The notes beneath the pieces were generated by a model. That model searched no databases. It worked only from the letters and a program-made list of their open reading frames with translations, and was not told where the DNA came from. Shown one piece after another: positions 13,492 through 26,365 of a DNA stretch of 64,000 nucleotides. The stretch covers positions 434,001-498,000 of the forward strand of contig JAQGDQ010000089.1 in assembly GCA_030141605.1 (NCBI GenBank). Reading direction: 5' to 3'. This DNA is from Tubiluchus corallicola (Eukaryota; Animalia; Priapulida). A program made the translations under genes and the position numbers. Position 1 is the stretch's first letter. Each line of letters begins with the position of its first letter.

Positions 13492-14011
13492 CGTCTCCTT
13501 TTAACCATTTGTCGGTGGAATATGGCCGGTTGGCACCCCGAGTGGGTAGGAGTACGACTTTGCTATCAGTCTGAGAGGCTGCGAGGTCAGCCTCTGCCAA
13601 TAAGAAAGACACGGCCAGACTGCAACCTATGTAAGCTTGTCACCCATCAAGCTTAAGCCATAAAGGCACCGCCCGTGGTGCACTTCCCTTTCTGTTCTCG
13701 CAACTTAGGTATTTCCCGTGCGTCTCCTATACCACTTTGTTGTAAAATGTGGCCGGTTGGCACCCTCATGAGAATTAGGAGTACGGCTTGCTCAACAGTC
13801 TGTGAGGTTGCCCTCTCAACCTCCGCTTGGGACGAAATCAAAGCCAGACTGCAACCTTTTAACACACAAGATACACCACAGGTGGCGCCCTTCCGTCAAT
13901 TCCTTTAAGTTTAAGGTACACCCCCGGTCGAGGGTGACGTCCTACGTTGGCCTTCTGAGTGAAGTTAGCCGGTTGGGACCGCTGGGAGGTGTAGGCACGA
14001 TTTTCCGACTC
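13492..14011 (-). ncRNA. Tandem array of three HDV-like ribozyme-fold modules (13938-14011, 13721-13856, 13492-13627), probably part of a retroposon
   Basis: Best copy on the minus strand: P2 CCUAC, P3 ACC, L3 UCCCAGC, P3' GGU, P1' CCCAACC, GG, P4 CUUC/GAAG, J4/2 GCCAA, P2' GUAGG; its P1 5' strand is imperfect; the other two copies are degenerate. Confidence 0.55.
13881..13912 (-). other. 32-nt 18S rRNA-like fragment
   Basis: Minus strand AAACTTAAAGGAATTGACGGAAGGGCGCCACC vs recalled eukaryotic SSU core AAACTTAAAGGAATTGACGGAAGGGCACCACC (31/32); flanks are not rRNA. Confidence 0.85.
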
Positions 14012-14054
14012 AAAGCTCATTAATATAGCAACAACAACAATTTGAGCTTTGCAA

Positions 14055-14131
14055 CCACGCACGCACGCACAAACACACACACACACACACACGCACACAC
14101 ACACACACACGCACGCACGCACGCACGCGCG

Positions 14132-14177
<46 letters not shown>
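14055..14177. repeat. (CA)n/(CACG)n microsatellite
   Basis: Direct reading. Confidence 0.95.
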
Positions 14178-14178
<1 letters not shown>

Positions 14179-15008
14179 TGTACAATCATTGTATAAGTAG
14201 TCAGCAAAGTTTTTCAGTACAATTTAGCTGCTTTTACAAAATATGCCTTGAAAACGCTCGAAACGCTTCAGGTATTTTGTAAACAATAAATTTCTTTTCA
14301 TTTAAATTTGCTGACTTTGCGAGGATAGGTGAACACTACTAACCTTATGATACGACAAAAACTTTTATTGGCAATAATAGAATCACAATAAATCCCACAT
14401 AAAGAAAGGAAATTACACTAAATAAAAAACAATTTTTTACAATTTTTTTACAAGTTACTAAATACTATTTTATTTATTGTATAACGACAACACTACTATT
14501 GACTTTTAGGGTTACACATGCAGAAAAACACAAGACGAAACATTAAAGGTGCAAATTATCACTAATAACAGAGTAGCAATAACAGTCAGCAGATACAATA
14601 CCCGTATACGTGCAAAGTTAGTGAATTTTTAGCAATTTTTTATATTATTTCTGTTTGTAGGTTTTTACATTAACAGGCTAGTAACTTTATAGATGTGTAA
14701 CTAGCTTCCATCTATTTTTCTAAAGTGGCTTTTGACAGCCAGTAGAGAAGTTAAACTGCAATTTTGAAGCTTCGCTCTGCCATGACGACGATGAAGACAA
14801 TAATGAGGAGGACGACGTTGACGACGGCGATGATGATGACGATGATGATAATGATGGTAATGATGATTCCAGTAATTATAGATTTATATTTTACCGTTTA
14901 TGGCTTCCCTGTTGATATCCCCATCAGAAGCTCTGAAATTTACTTAAATTCTTTCCCCGTCACGCTGCTGAATACACCTGTTCGCCTACCTGATGTGGCT
15001 TTAGAACG

Positions 15009-15022
15009 GTTGCCATGGAAAC
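15009..15022 (+). promoter_or_regulatory. X-box GTTGCCATGGAAAC; candidate distal promoter of the RP1-like gene, with donor AAG|GTGAGT at 15203/15204
   Basis: RFX consensus followed ~180 nt later by a consensus 5' splice site. Confidence 0.5.
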
Positions 15023-18000
15023 CGCATCCCTGTTTACACGTTTGACTTCCAAATGCTATCTCAGTCAATCGAATATTCTAATGAAATGCGCTCAAGAAAG
15101 ACTTACCTGTTTACTGAGGGCCGCAGCTTTATCTGCTCTGTTGTATCACCTGCGCTGTTCTTTTCTGCTTGAATTATCAACAGTAAAACAGCGTAATTTC
15201 AAGGTGAGTAGAGAATTCGTTTGCGATAATTAGATGATTTTTTAGACATTGTTATTTTATTTAAGTCTCACCTCACATACCGTCCAAATAAAAGCATTAT
15301 TAATTAGACAGTGTACATAAAATGAGTCACTCATTTAGAGTTATAAGAGACTGCTAAAAGACTATACATTCAATGATACTAAAAACACAACAATATACGT
15401 AGTAACGGTAAAAGAAAAAACTGCGAGTCATCACTAATGAGTGTGATATACTAGCTGACTTCTTCGTAACAAAATTTTATTACAGGCATTTGCACTTTCA
15501 TAAACCAAAAAATTTGAACCTAGCAACATTGTTCATTGTATGAAATTATTCATTTGTTTTCCTAATTGCACTTGTGTGTTAGACTTAGATCTAATATTTT
15601 GATAAAGTACACACTCGGTTAAAACATCAACTCTGACTCAATACCGTTACAAAGCAAACACAGCCTCTAGTCTTCGGGTAAGCCTTTGTACCTTCCAGTT
15701 TCCAATCAAATTGGAGCAACGCCACATCTAAATTTTGTAAGTGCCGCTATATGAGAATTTTGCTCAGGTGTTTTTTAAGCTATTATAATTGTTTATTTCC
15801 CGTCCGTTAGTTCGGATATTAGAAAAAATCCGGTTATTCAGTAATTCATTCTGTCCGTCACATTTTTTGTAAATTTTTAACTGCAAAGGAGATGGAAGAA
15901 CTCCAAAGTGTTTATTTATTTGAGTCGAAATTTGTTGAGTGACTAAATAGAGCGTCATTGATTCAAGGCAAAAAATTCACAATTAATCAATTAAATTTGA
16001 ATTTAAAGCCCCATAGCTTTTCCCCTAAGGGGATTTCAGGGGATTTTGAACATGTTATTCTGGACCACTTTCTGTGTGTGCAAAAACTCAGTTTTATACA
16101 ATTTTTGTAAATCAATGAATATTTTAAGGTTATTTAGGAGTTAAGACTACATTTCTTTTGTCTAGCTTTGTGCTATAACTTAGGTGAAATAGTGACTAAG
16201 ATGACAAACGGCCCAGTTCGTCTTGTGTCCACTTATGACTGCTATTTTTCGTCTTGAGTATAAAAATCTAACACTACTAACAATACTCTACATACCGTCA
16301 CAAAAATTTTCTCTGTGCTCAAATTTTGCATTAAGTAGTTATTTTTTGGCTGCCTCTGCGTGACCTTTGTCCTCTCGTGAGTGGTTGTACAACTCAAGAC
16401 AAACACATTTTTGACACCGAGCCTTTGCGCAATCTATTTAGCTACTCAAACCTTTTGTGAATTTTGCATTGAACTTTTCTGGGCTCAGGGTCTATGTCTA
16501 GCCTGAAGACCTCGACACTTCTCGCAATGAACAGAAAAAGGAACGTTAACTCACGTTTACTGACGGAGAGTAACCTGCAGCAAATTTTGCTCTCTAGTCT
16601 GTAAAAGTGCGAGTTACTTGGTGAATTTAAATTGCCGAGAAAATTCGCTAGTCTGAAAGCGCCGTAACAGTGAAACTGTGTCTGAATTTGGACCAAAAAA
16701 CTTTGGTTTATAAATCGGACACCTTGGTTACTAGACGTCAGTTTCTTATGGTCATGGAAAATTTAAACAGCTCACCAAATAAGCCAACATTTTCAAATTA
16801 TTATTGTTTTACTCACAAAAATTTTGTTAGTAATTACTAACTGATCATATTTATGGAATTAATTTATGTAGCATGGAGTCAAGGATGATCCATGGTAACT
16901 ATTTAATTGATTATTTTTAATTATTTATAACCTTAATTTAGTGAATATAAATATGTATTCGAAATATTACTATATAGAAAATCAATTTTACAGTACAAAA
17001 GTTCAGGAGTATCTATAATTTGTGTTGCAGGACGCACAGCATATATTTCAAGTTTTTTATCAGCTTAGCTGAATTTACTGCCTCCACTGATATGGGGTTA
17101 AGTTATGATAATCACTACCTGCGAGCGAATCTACCTGTCTTGTGTTAGATATTGATCATTACGTAATCCTGCTTAGACTAAGCCCCTGGCAATGTGGGAA
17201 AATATCTCATTAATTTATTATTGACGCAATCTGTGCTTCAAGTGTTAAACATGAATTATTTATCAATTAGTTTTTAAAGGGCGTTTTTACTTTCACGGTT
17301 TCGTTTGCAAACTTTTAATAGTAATGCTTATTGTCTATGACAATAATGTACAGTAACACACGTATTATTGCTGCTACAGCGGAATTATGACCAAAACAGC
17401 AAATTGTAGACGTTATTATAATAACCAGTTCTGTTTCCATCAGTGTTTTAAAATTTAAACTTGTCAGATGGTTGGACATAATTATTTACTTAATAGTTTG
17501 CCCAGTTTTAATTTGTTTATTAACTAAATTCTTAACTAATTCTTAACTTATTCATTTCTTCGTTTATGTATAAGCCCTTTTTGCTTTATTACTTATTTAA
17601 TTCATTCATTCGTTTGCTTACTTTGATTTTATTTGTTGGCCTGCTTACTCGCTTATTGATTTGTTTACATATTATTTTATTTATTGCAAGTGCCCAATAT
17701 GTTGCAGAAACTTCTTGTTTTACAAGTCGTTTATTTATCTCTTATCTCTTATCTTATTTTTCTTTCTTACTTTATATTTATTTATTTATTGTATTTACTT
17801 ATTTAGGCTCATTCCAATTTATATTAATTTTCATTCATTAAATGATTGACTTATCTTATTTTATTTATTCATCAACTTATTATGTTTATTTAGAATTTGC
17901 TTATCCCAAATCTGCAATAACATTGCACTGCACAAGTGCTGATAATAACTGTTCATTTTGCAACTATTTGCTAACACACCATTAGTTACTAAATCATTGA

Positions 18001-20127
18001 CCACTTTACTTAATATACCACAAGTAGTTAGTTAGCTAATCCCTTTATATTGCCAGGAAAAATATGCAGGTACAACTCTGGTTTCTCTGCAAAACGCATA
18101 AATCTTTCGCCTTTTACTAAAGATTTCCGTGCAGAGGAACAAATTAATGAGTCTTTGATAATTTCTCTCTGCCTTGCTTCATTAGCAAGGTAATTATAAA
18201 TCAATAACAATATATGATATATCAATATATGATATTGCATATGTGTTTATGTATTTTTTGGGAATTGCGTAAATGGATTTTCATCCGTTACCGTGAAATT
18301 CAAACTCATTACGTCTTAATCAATCACGATTAATAAATTATGTAACAATATGACACATTCTTTTCTATGTTTTTATTTTATTTGAAGGGCAAAATAGTGT
18401 TGTCAGATTTTTACTCTACACCCTGGATCGATAAAATTCACGTTAGGCACTGCGTCTTCATTCAAAACAGGGTGCTACCGCTCTAAAAAAAAACCAAGAA
18501 ATTATAAAGCCGCCTGTGTCCACCGCCGTCGTTATCATTATTACTGTGAGTGTTCCATTGTCAAAAACACCTTAACAATACCACCTATATTACATACACA
18601 GACAAGCATGTACAGAAAATGTGGCATTGCTGGCTTTGAATATAATTCCATACACGCGAGCTAATAACTCATTAAGGCTAGATCATTTAACGGGTACTGA
18701 GATCAATTTACTATCCACTAACTATAGGATGAATAATCATTTAATCTCTACGGTATTATAATGATGTTGCTGGTGTCGTATCCAGGTATTCTAAAAGCGT
18801 TTTTGCACACAGAACACAGTGTAATCAGGTGTGTTCAGCTAAAGATAAATAAAAACAAACTTTTTTGTTTTAAAAGTTTTAATTTTAATAATGAAAGCTT
18901 CAAATAAATAAATACATAATTACAGTGAAATAATTTCCAAATTCACTTAATTCAGTCACAATTACCTAATCGCGTGCAAACAAATAAAAACACAATGTAG
19001 GAAAAAATATACACTTCTAATTAACCGCAATGTAAGATATGATTTTGCAGTTTAAGGGTCATACAAGATATTTGTTCCACGGTTTTTCTGAACAGACAAA
19101 ATATAACATTTTTTACTGTAGTTGGTTAATTATTTAATACGGTTACTTGTGCATAGTGCCACGTGTTAGATAACAGTAATTCAGGCACGTTATTGGTCAA
19201 AGAGCGCCACTGTAAACCTACTGAACAAGTGTAGTTAAGCTGTTGCATATAAAACGTAAATTGAAACATTTTCTCTTTACCTTCACAGGCCGCCTGTTCG
19301 AGATATACAGGTTTTATGCCACGTTTGTGGACCGTGTAACCCTTATACCGGACCGCATACGTGACATCTCAGCAAATGAATCCCGACAAACTTTCTTCAT
19401 CTCGGTCCTACTGCTAACAAGTGAGGATCCCCGAAATAGAGTAAAGGTGAAATCCAAAAATGAGCAGCTTCACTAACAGCGTAAATTACTGTAGCCTGTA
19501 GATTAAAATCTAGTTAATAGACCACAGCGTGTGATAAACAAATATAGTTTAATTTGTGTATTTTATAGTCTAATACGAGTAGAAAGAAAATTTTTATTTA
19601 GAGATTATCTTTATTTTGACAAAATCCTATGACACCATAGGGACTTAATCTCACTCCCGACTTCTAAATTCCAAAATTAGGATGCATTCCGAGACTGAAG
19701 CCCAACCTTATATCAATTTTTTTGTCACATGTTGTAGCATGCTTATCTAGATTTTGTCAAGAGATGCTTCTACCTTTCAGTAGGCTTCAAATACATGTAT
19801 TTAAAACAACCATCCCTGGACATTGCGTAGGTTGAAGTTTAACTTACTTTAACCATAGGCGGTGGTTTATTACTTGTCTCTTTAAAAGTTTGTCAGCAAA
19901 TTGTGCACAACGCGTCTTTCTTTAAATGGCGCACGCTTCGGGTAATCAAAGTGGAAGGGACGGGGTGCCAATGGCTATAGATCCGCCCGAGGCTGATTTT
20001 GAAATAATATGTTCTAGAAAACGTGATTCAGCGGCTGATGTACAATAATGTACAAGTAATCAACTGTCGACTGTTTTAATTCTAGCAGTCCCTGTCATGT
20101 GGCTTCATAATGGGACGGGCTTCTGCC

Positions 20128-20141
20128 GTTGCCATGGTAAC
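20128..20141 (+). promoter_or_regulatory. X-box GTTGCCATGGTAAC; candidate proximal promoter of the RP1-like gene, with donor GAA|GTAAGT at 20390/20391
   Basis: Near-palindromic RFX site in a locally GC-richer patch upstream of a ciliary-type gene whose ATG exon begins with an acceptor at 25527. Confidence 0.6.
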
Positions 20142-23100
20142 AGATTTGCTATCGATGTTGCAGGTGTGCGTGGGATTTCTCTTATTAGTGAGCAACTGGC
20201 AAGGTTTTGCAGATGTGCCTACCTTGCAACACAGGTTGCTTGTTTCTTAAACTAACGAGAAAGATGTGTTTCTGGGTCGTCGATTTACAAATCACAGAAG
20301 ACATACATTATTAGTTTACGTACTTACAACAGGATTTGATCTAGAATCGTCTGACTTACACAGGTGTGGCAGGAAAACTACTCTTTGGAAGTAAGTATTC
20401 GCACGCTTAACTGTGTAATTTCAAGAGAAATTGCAATTGTCTTTAATTTAATTTAGCTTAATTAATTTTTTTATTTAAGGTTTTTGCCTTTTAAACAATT
20501 ACACTACTCACAATTACCATAATTATGATAAACACGATTTAAAATGTGCTAAAACTGTCTGATAAAACAATCACCACACATAGTTAATACGTCTTATAAA
20601 TCTTGATTGTTTAATAACTATTATAACTACAATGCTTTGTTCATTAACATTTTTCAATTCAGAATTTAAATTTCTGTAAGCGTTTGTCTTAATTTTAACT
20701 TACTATTCGGGTAAATTAACGTAAATAATAAAAATCGATGTACTGAAATAACATACTTGTGTCAAATACCCTTGCTATACATGTATTACCAAAACAGTGA
20801 ACACGACTCGTCATTAACTTTTGCACTTTGCAGAGAAGGCTGTTCTGTCGTCTTTCGTTTTTTTTTTGTTGTTGTTAGTGCTCCTTCTTTGCCTTCTATT
20901 TCTTCTACTGCATGTTTTATATGTTTTTTATTTTTTCTCTTTGATGTTTTATCTTGAAAATCCTTCTTGGGGAGAAAAAATGCAGCCAGGAAGAGGTGGC
21001 GTTTCAAGTAGCGTGTCTTCCACTGGAAAGCTTAAAATTGTTGCTTGAAATTAAAAGAGACATTTGTTTCAATACTAATTACTTGCTGCCTTGTCTGTAC
21101 ATTTGCTTCTTTGACATCTGGCATCTGTGTAAAACCATATGCACCCAAAGCTTGTCTACTATATTAGTGCTTGTATTAAAGTTACGAGATTTGTTGCATT
21201 AATAATAACAAACAAAACAACAATGTGATGTAAGATAAACCATTACATTAAAATTTCAAGGCACAAATTAGTGCATTAAAACAACATTAAAGTAATTGCT
21301 CTAACGTACTACAAAATTAATTTTAATAACATAGTAATTTAAGATTGGCTGTACATTATTTCTGATATTGGATAATTCATATTCTAAGAATACATATAAG
21401 TTCACGATTTTATGTAGTATAGTTGAGGTCTATGTTGTTCAGTTGTGCTTTCTATTGGTAAAGCATTCAAATACAAAGTTACAATTTCGGTATCATTAGT
21501 TTCTAAATGAAACATTAGTTTATTTTCATTCGGGAAGTCTGGGCACACGTTATTACAGAAATTTTAAACTATACTGCAAGTATTTTTTGCTAAACAATCA
21601 TTACTACAAGTGGTGGTAGAAATGACGGTGTTGATTTTTTCATTTTTTTGTCTCTTGGGCCGACATAATTATGTGCCACAGATTGTAATTTGCTGTGTGC
21701 TCAAACTGGCAGCAACCACACGCTGATTTAGGGTGATATGCAAAGCACGCAGCCCCTCTCTCTTTTTCTGTTGTTAAGAAAACGGAAACAAGGTTTGTGC
21801 TGTACATTAGTGGCGTATTCGACTCATTTGAAATCAGAGAGATTTTATTACTTGTCGACTAGGCAGGTTTAGGTGCTATAGGCGAGTGGTAATGTGTGCG
21901 CAATATAAACAATACCAAGCCTGGTTAGTAAATGGGTGGGCAACTACCTAGCTCACTAAAAAGGATACGTACTCACCTGAACGTGACAAAGACGTTTCTG
22001 TTAGCTCAGTATTTAATCATAAGAGGGTTATCCTTGATCCTAAACCACGTTTCCGTCCTGTCAAAACCAATGGCATTAATTAAGCAATACATGATTAAAT
22101 CGAGGGCTGTTTTACGCTTTACAGCATCACGAACTGTATGAAAAAAGTCTGTCCTTCAAACTATCAGAGGAAGTGTTCCTTTTTCTTAGTTTTCAACGGG
22201 AAGCAACCTGCACTGCATTAATTTTTTCTTTGTATGGCGTCACATTCTTCGTATAATAATATAAATTAATAAATTATAGCGTATGTCGCGTCAGCCACCA
22301 GAACTGCTTTAGAACTGATGAAAGTTCTTTAAATACGTTTTAAACACAATTGGTACACCCATTACTACGTATGCTTAGTTTGAGAAGATCTGCACTGATT
22401 GATCTCTCTGTAATTCTAAGTAAATACATCGCTAAGTAATTAATCCGTGTAGGGCTTCTCATGAAAGGCAGATGTTGTCTCTTCATGAATTCATTTAATT
22501 GTTATTAAACGATGCTTTTCTACGCATGTGCAGGTAGCCTCTGTGTAGGTATATAATATAGAGCCTGAAACACAGGCAATTATAATGTTAGGTTGCTATA
22601 AATAAAATTAATTGCCAAGTTATCCTTAAGAAGGCGTTAAATTACTGTTATGACACGATTTACTTGATGAGAAACGATCAAAAGTAGTTGATTTTATCTG
22701 TCTCTGTTTATTTCAGAAACTACACGTTCCAAATCCACTCTAGAGGTTAAGTTTTGAGCTATTAGAATCAAGATGATACATCGAGAAAATGATGCATTTG
22801 ATTATGTTAGGGCAGCAATCCTTATACAATGTATAAACCAGTACGAAAACTACTTGCAAATTATCATGGGGGCTGCAAGTATTGTTGCTGAAACCATTGG
22901 TAAACCAGCCCTGACAACCAGATTTTGCACCTTTTTGTTGACGCCACCATTATGATAAAATGAGTACCATAATAACCACTAAAAGGCCTACCGTGTGCCT
23001 AAACGGAGTAGAATGCCCAACTGAAACCGAATTGCCTGTTATAAATTTCACAGACTGAAAAATCGCAAAGCAGGAGGGCATTTCTTGCATTAAGTTTTTA

Positions 23101-25561
23101 GTTTATAATTATATTGTAACTTTGGTAAGTGGTAATCAAAGCTAGAATAACCATTAAACAATTTGCAATATGCAGTGTCTGCTATACTTATAATTAGACT
23201 TATGAATGCTTGTATAATATCACAAAAGACTTGTTATAATCTATAGTATCATGATTGACGACAGTTTGTGCCCACGTAATGAGTGATTAGTCTAATTAAT
23301 CTGTTCAGTACAGGTTTCTGGCTTGACTGAATTTGTGTATTTTTACCTGTGGAAGCCTGAAGACAGGTAGAAGATCAATAAATCTTATTAACAGAACGGA
23401 TTGGAATCTTGACCCGCGGGAACTGCGAGATCATTACTTATCGTAGCTGATGCTGAACGTGTTTACAGTCACATAGAGAGATGAATTCAATGTCGAATGC
23501 CTCATTTTACGCAATCATTCATAATGATAACCGACTAAGGGGAGCTAGGTAATGATTGCTTCCCTCTATACATAAGAAACTAAAACTAACGAATAGATAA
23601 AAAACAGACCTTAAGAAAGAACATTTAATTCTGTGTAAAAACGACTCATTTTAATATCTACAATGGACGGTTCTCAATAGGTACCACTTCTCCAAAAACT
23701 TCGTTGACTCCGACTATAAGACGTGGAAAAAACCTGAACAAAAACAAATTAAACGAGAATTATCATAATAATTAAAAGTATTAAAAATAAGCTTATATTT
23801 ATTTTGGCAACTTTTAAGTACAGGCCAATCATTTTATGACAAATTAAGCTTTAAGAGGAGTGTAGAAGGTAAATACAACTGAGCAATTTTAGACTTGTGT
23901 AGCTAAAGCTAAGTAGACATACATTTTGGCTCAGTTCATTATTGCAGTGGTGATTTAGAATCGCCTCTTTGACGGAAACCACTAAGGTTACCTTAAAACC
24001 GCTATACTTGTGTGCGCTGTGGTAATTCAGAAATGCCAAGATTTTTGTAGCCTATTTTTGCTATGATGCTTTGATAACAACTGTAAGTTTTCACCTAGGA
24101 CTAAGCACTAAAAGCCTTTCCATAAAGCCTCTTTTAAGTCTATATTGTAGTTTTGTTGAGACGTAGAGACGTGTTAGTTTTCTTAGTTAGTAATCAGATA
24201 AAATTCGTTAAATATGGCTTTTAAGTTAGACTAAAATAATGCAACCAAAAACGCAAACTAAACTTGGTAACGGTTTCGACGTGATATGGTTTGTACTACA
24301 AAAGTTATAAAAAATAATGTACGAGAAACAATATTTTGTATTTCATACTGCGTTTTACCATAATTCTTTCTACTTTTGTACTTTTTTTTACAGATTACAT
24401 TATCATTGGAAATCTTGTAGCACCTACAGTAATGAATCTTTTCTATTCTTCCAAAACTTTTGCTAGTTGTAAAGATTAATCAATTACTTGCTTTTGGAAT
24501 TTACGTGCAATCTAAAACCGATGTTTACTTTTGTTGCAAAAAATTTTTGAATATGGATATATATGTAACTGAAACAATGGTTAATGGATGGTATACAGCA
24601 ATCTGTGCTGCGAAAAATTTTTGATTGCCAGTCTTCACTCAAGAGGACAACGATCAGGGCCTGAAATCATGATTCCACCAATTCTATGGACCCTGCAACT
24701 TAATCACTGGCTTCATCATAACGTTATCACTTCAAAAACAGGTAAATACAGTACGAACTGTATTTATGCAGGTGTTTCTTGTGATTTTCTTCCTACAGAC
24801 GTATCATCACAATCAGCATCAATTAGCAGCTTGCGCGTCTTTCAGCTTTTTTATTGACAATTCTTCGTTGCTAAGGGCCTGCTAAGTAGATTGCTGTGTG
24901 CAGTAAACACGCAGGCAGAGTTCTCTTTTTTCTACAAATACCTTCTTTGCTATCAAATGAATGGTACGCTAAGTGAATAGAATCACGTTAAGATACTTAA
25001 CTGAAATTCCCAGATGCTGCTGTAAATCTTACACATAAAAACAGTGGAAATCTGGTTAGAATGAAGTGTAAAAAAATGTTTTTTTGTCAGTTTTTAGCAG
25101 CTTATAGACTACTATGTTTAATACACCGCATATAATGCATACTGAAATTATATTTTAGTAAATAATGTTTTATGAAATGCCTCAGTCGTCTTGCATCACT
25201 GACTTGCAATAATTTAGTGCCTTCTCTTTGAAAATTGCCGTGATTCATTGGTCTGCTCACTTGTTAGTCAATCCCACAGACTAGGGCCACAGCTCCTCGT
25301 TTTGTTTTTGTTTTGTAGGTACATTATAGGTTTCCTAGGTTTATTCACTTATCACTCAAACATACAGGTCCTCAATTTTTGCAAAAAATATACATTGTTT
25401 TAAGAAATGCTAATCCTACAACTTTACGACTCTAATGCTAACTACTTGCCAGGACCATAAAAAATGATGAGAATTGGATGTAGATCAATTATGAGAAGTT
25501 ATGTTACACAATTTTTAATGCTTTTAGGTACACGTGAAGTATTAAAAAAGTGGATTTAACA

Positions 25562-26365
25562 ATGGCATCTGTAAATCCTGCAAAGGTGCGTGCTACATCA
25601 AATGTTGAACTACCCAATGGCACAGCAGGTGGTGATCGACCCGTGAAAACGGTTTATTTCTACAAAGACGCTGATCCTAAATTTGGTGGCGTAAAATTAA
25701 CGATAAACCCTCGCAAATATCGTTCATTCGAGACATTGCTTGACGAACTCGGGAAAAAGATTCCATCTAGTGCGTTTGGTGGTGTGCGAAGTGTTTACAC
25801 TCCTCGTGGCAGGACAAACATTAATAGGATTGCTCAGTTGAAAGACCATGGTCAGTACGTGTGCAGTTCCAGCCACAAAGCCAAAGGCTTGGACATGTCC
25901 AAAGTGCAGCACACTCATCTGCCACCTTGGCAAGATTCCAGGTCAAAAGGCAAAATAAAGCTACTAAACGGTACTATTTCACAACACCCAGCAAAAGAGA
26001 AATCTAAATTGCAAAATGGTAATGTTGCTCAACACACTGTAAAAGAACGTTCCAAACTGCAAAATGCTGTTTCCCAACACCCAGCTAAGGGTCATGCTAA
26101 AAAACAGACCACGTTAACGACCAACAGCAGTGAGAATGCCGTGCCAAAGACTGCACCACCAGATACGGTGTCGTCGCCACCAAACAGTTATCTGACAAAC
26201 AATGTTCCAAAGAAGATTGTGGTGGCAAGAAACGGACAACCTCATCTGAGACACAAACTCTTGCTGAATCGTCGAACAGCCCAAACATTTGAACATGTAC
26301 TCAGTGATTTGGGCGGTATGTTTGGGGTACCTGTGAAGAAACTTTATACATCTGATGGAAAACGG
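25562..26365 (+). CDS. RP1: RP1-like coding exon 1: DCX1, linker, most of DCX2
   Basis: Acceptor TTTTAG at 25527, ATG 25562, donor CGG|GTAAAG phase 0. Confidence 0.92.

Noticed and set aside
13567-13622. Hammerhead ribozyme (CTGAGAG...GAAA)
   Set aside because: CUGANGA core is not matched, the CTG is sequestered in the CAGTCTG/CAGACTG helix, and no stem III/NUH is evident
13881-13912. 18S rRNA gene
   Set aside because: Only ~32 nt match; flanks are unrelated to rRNA
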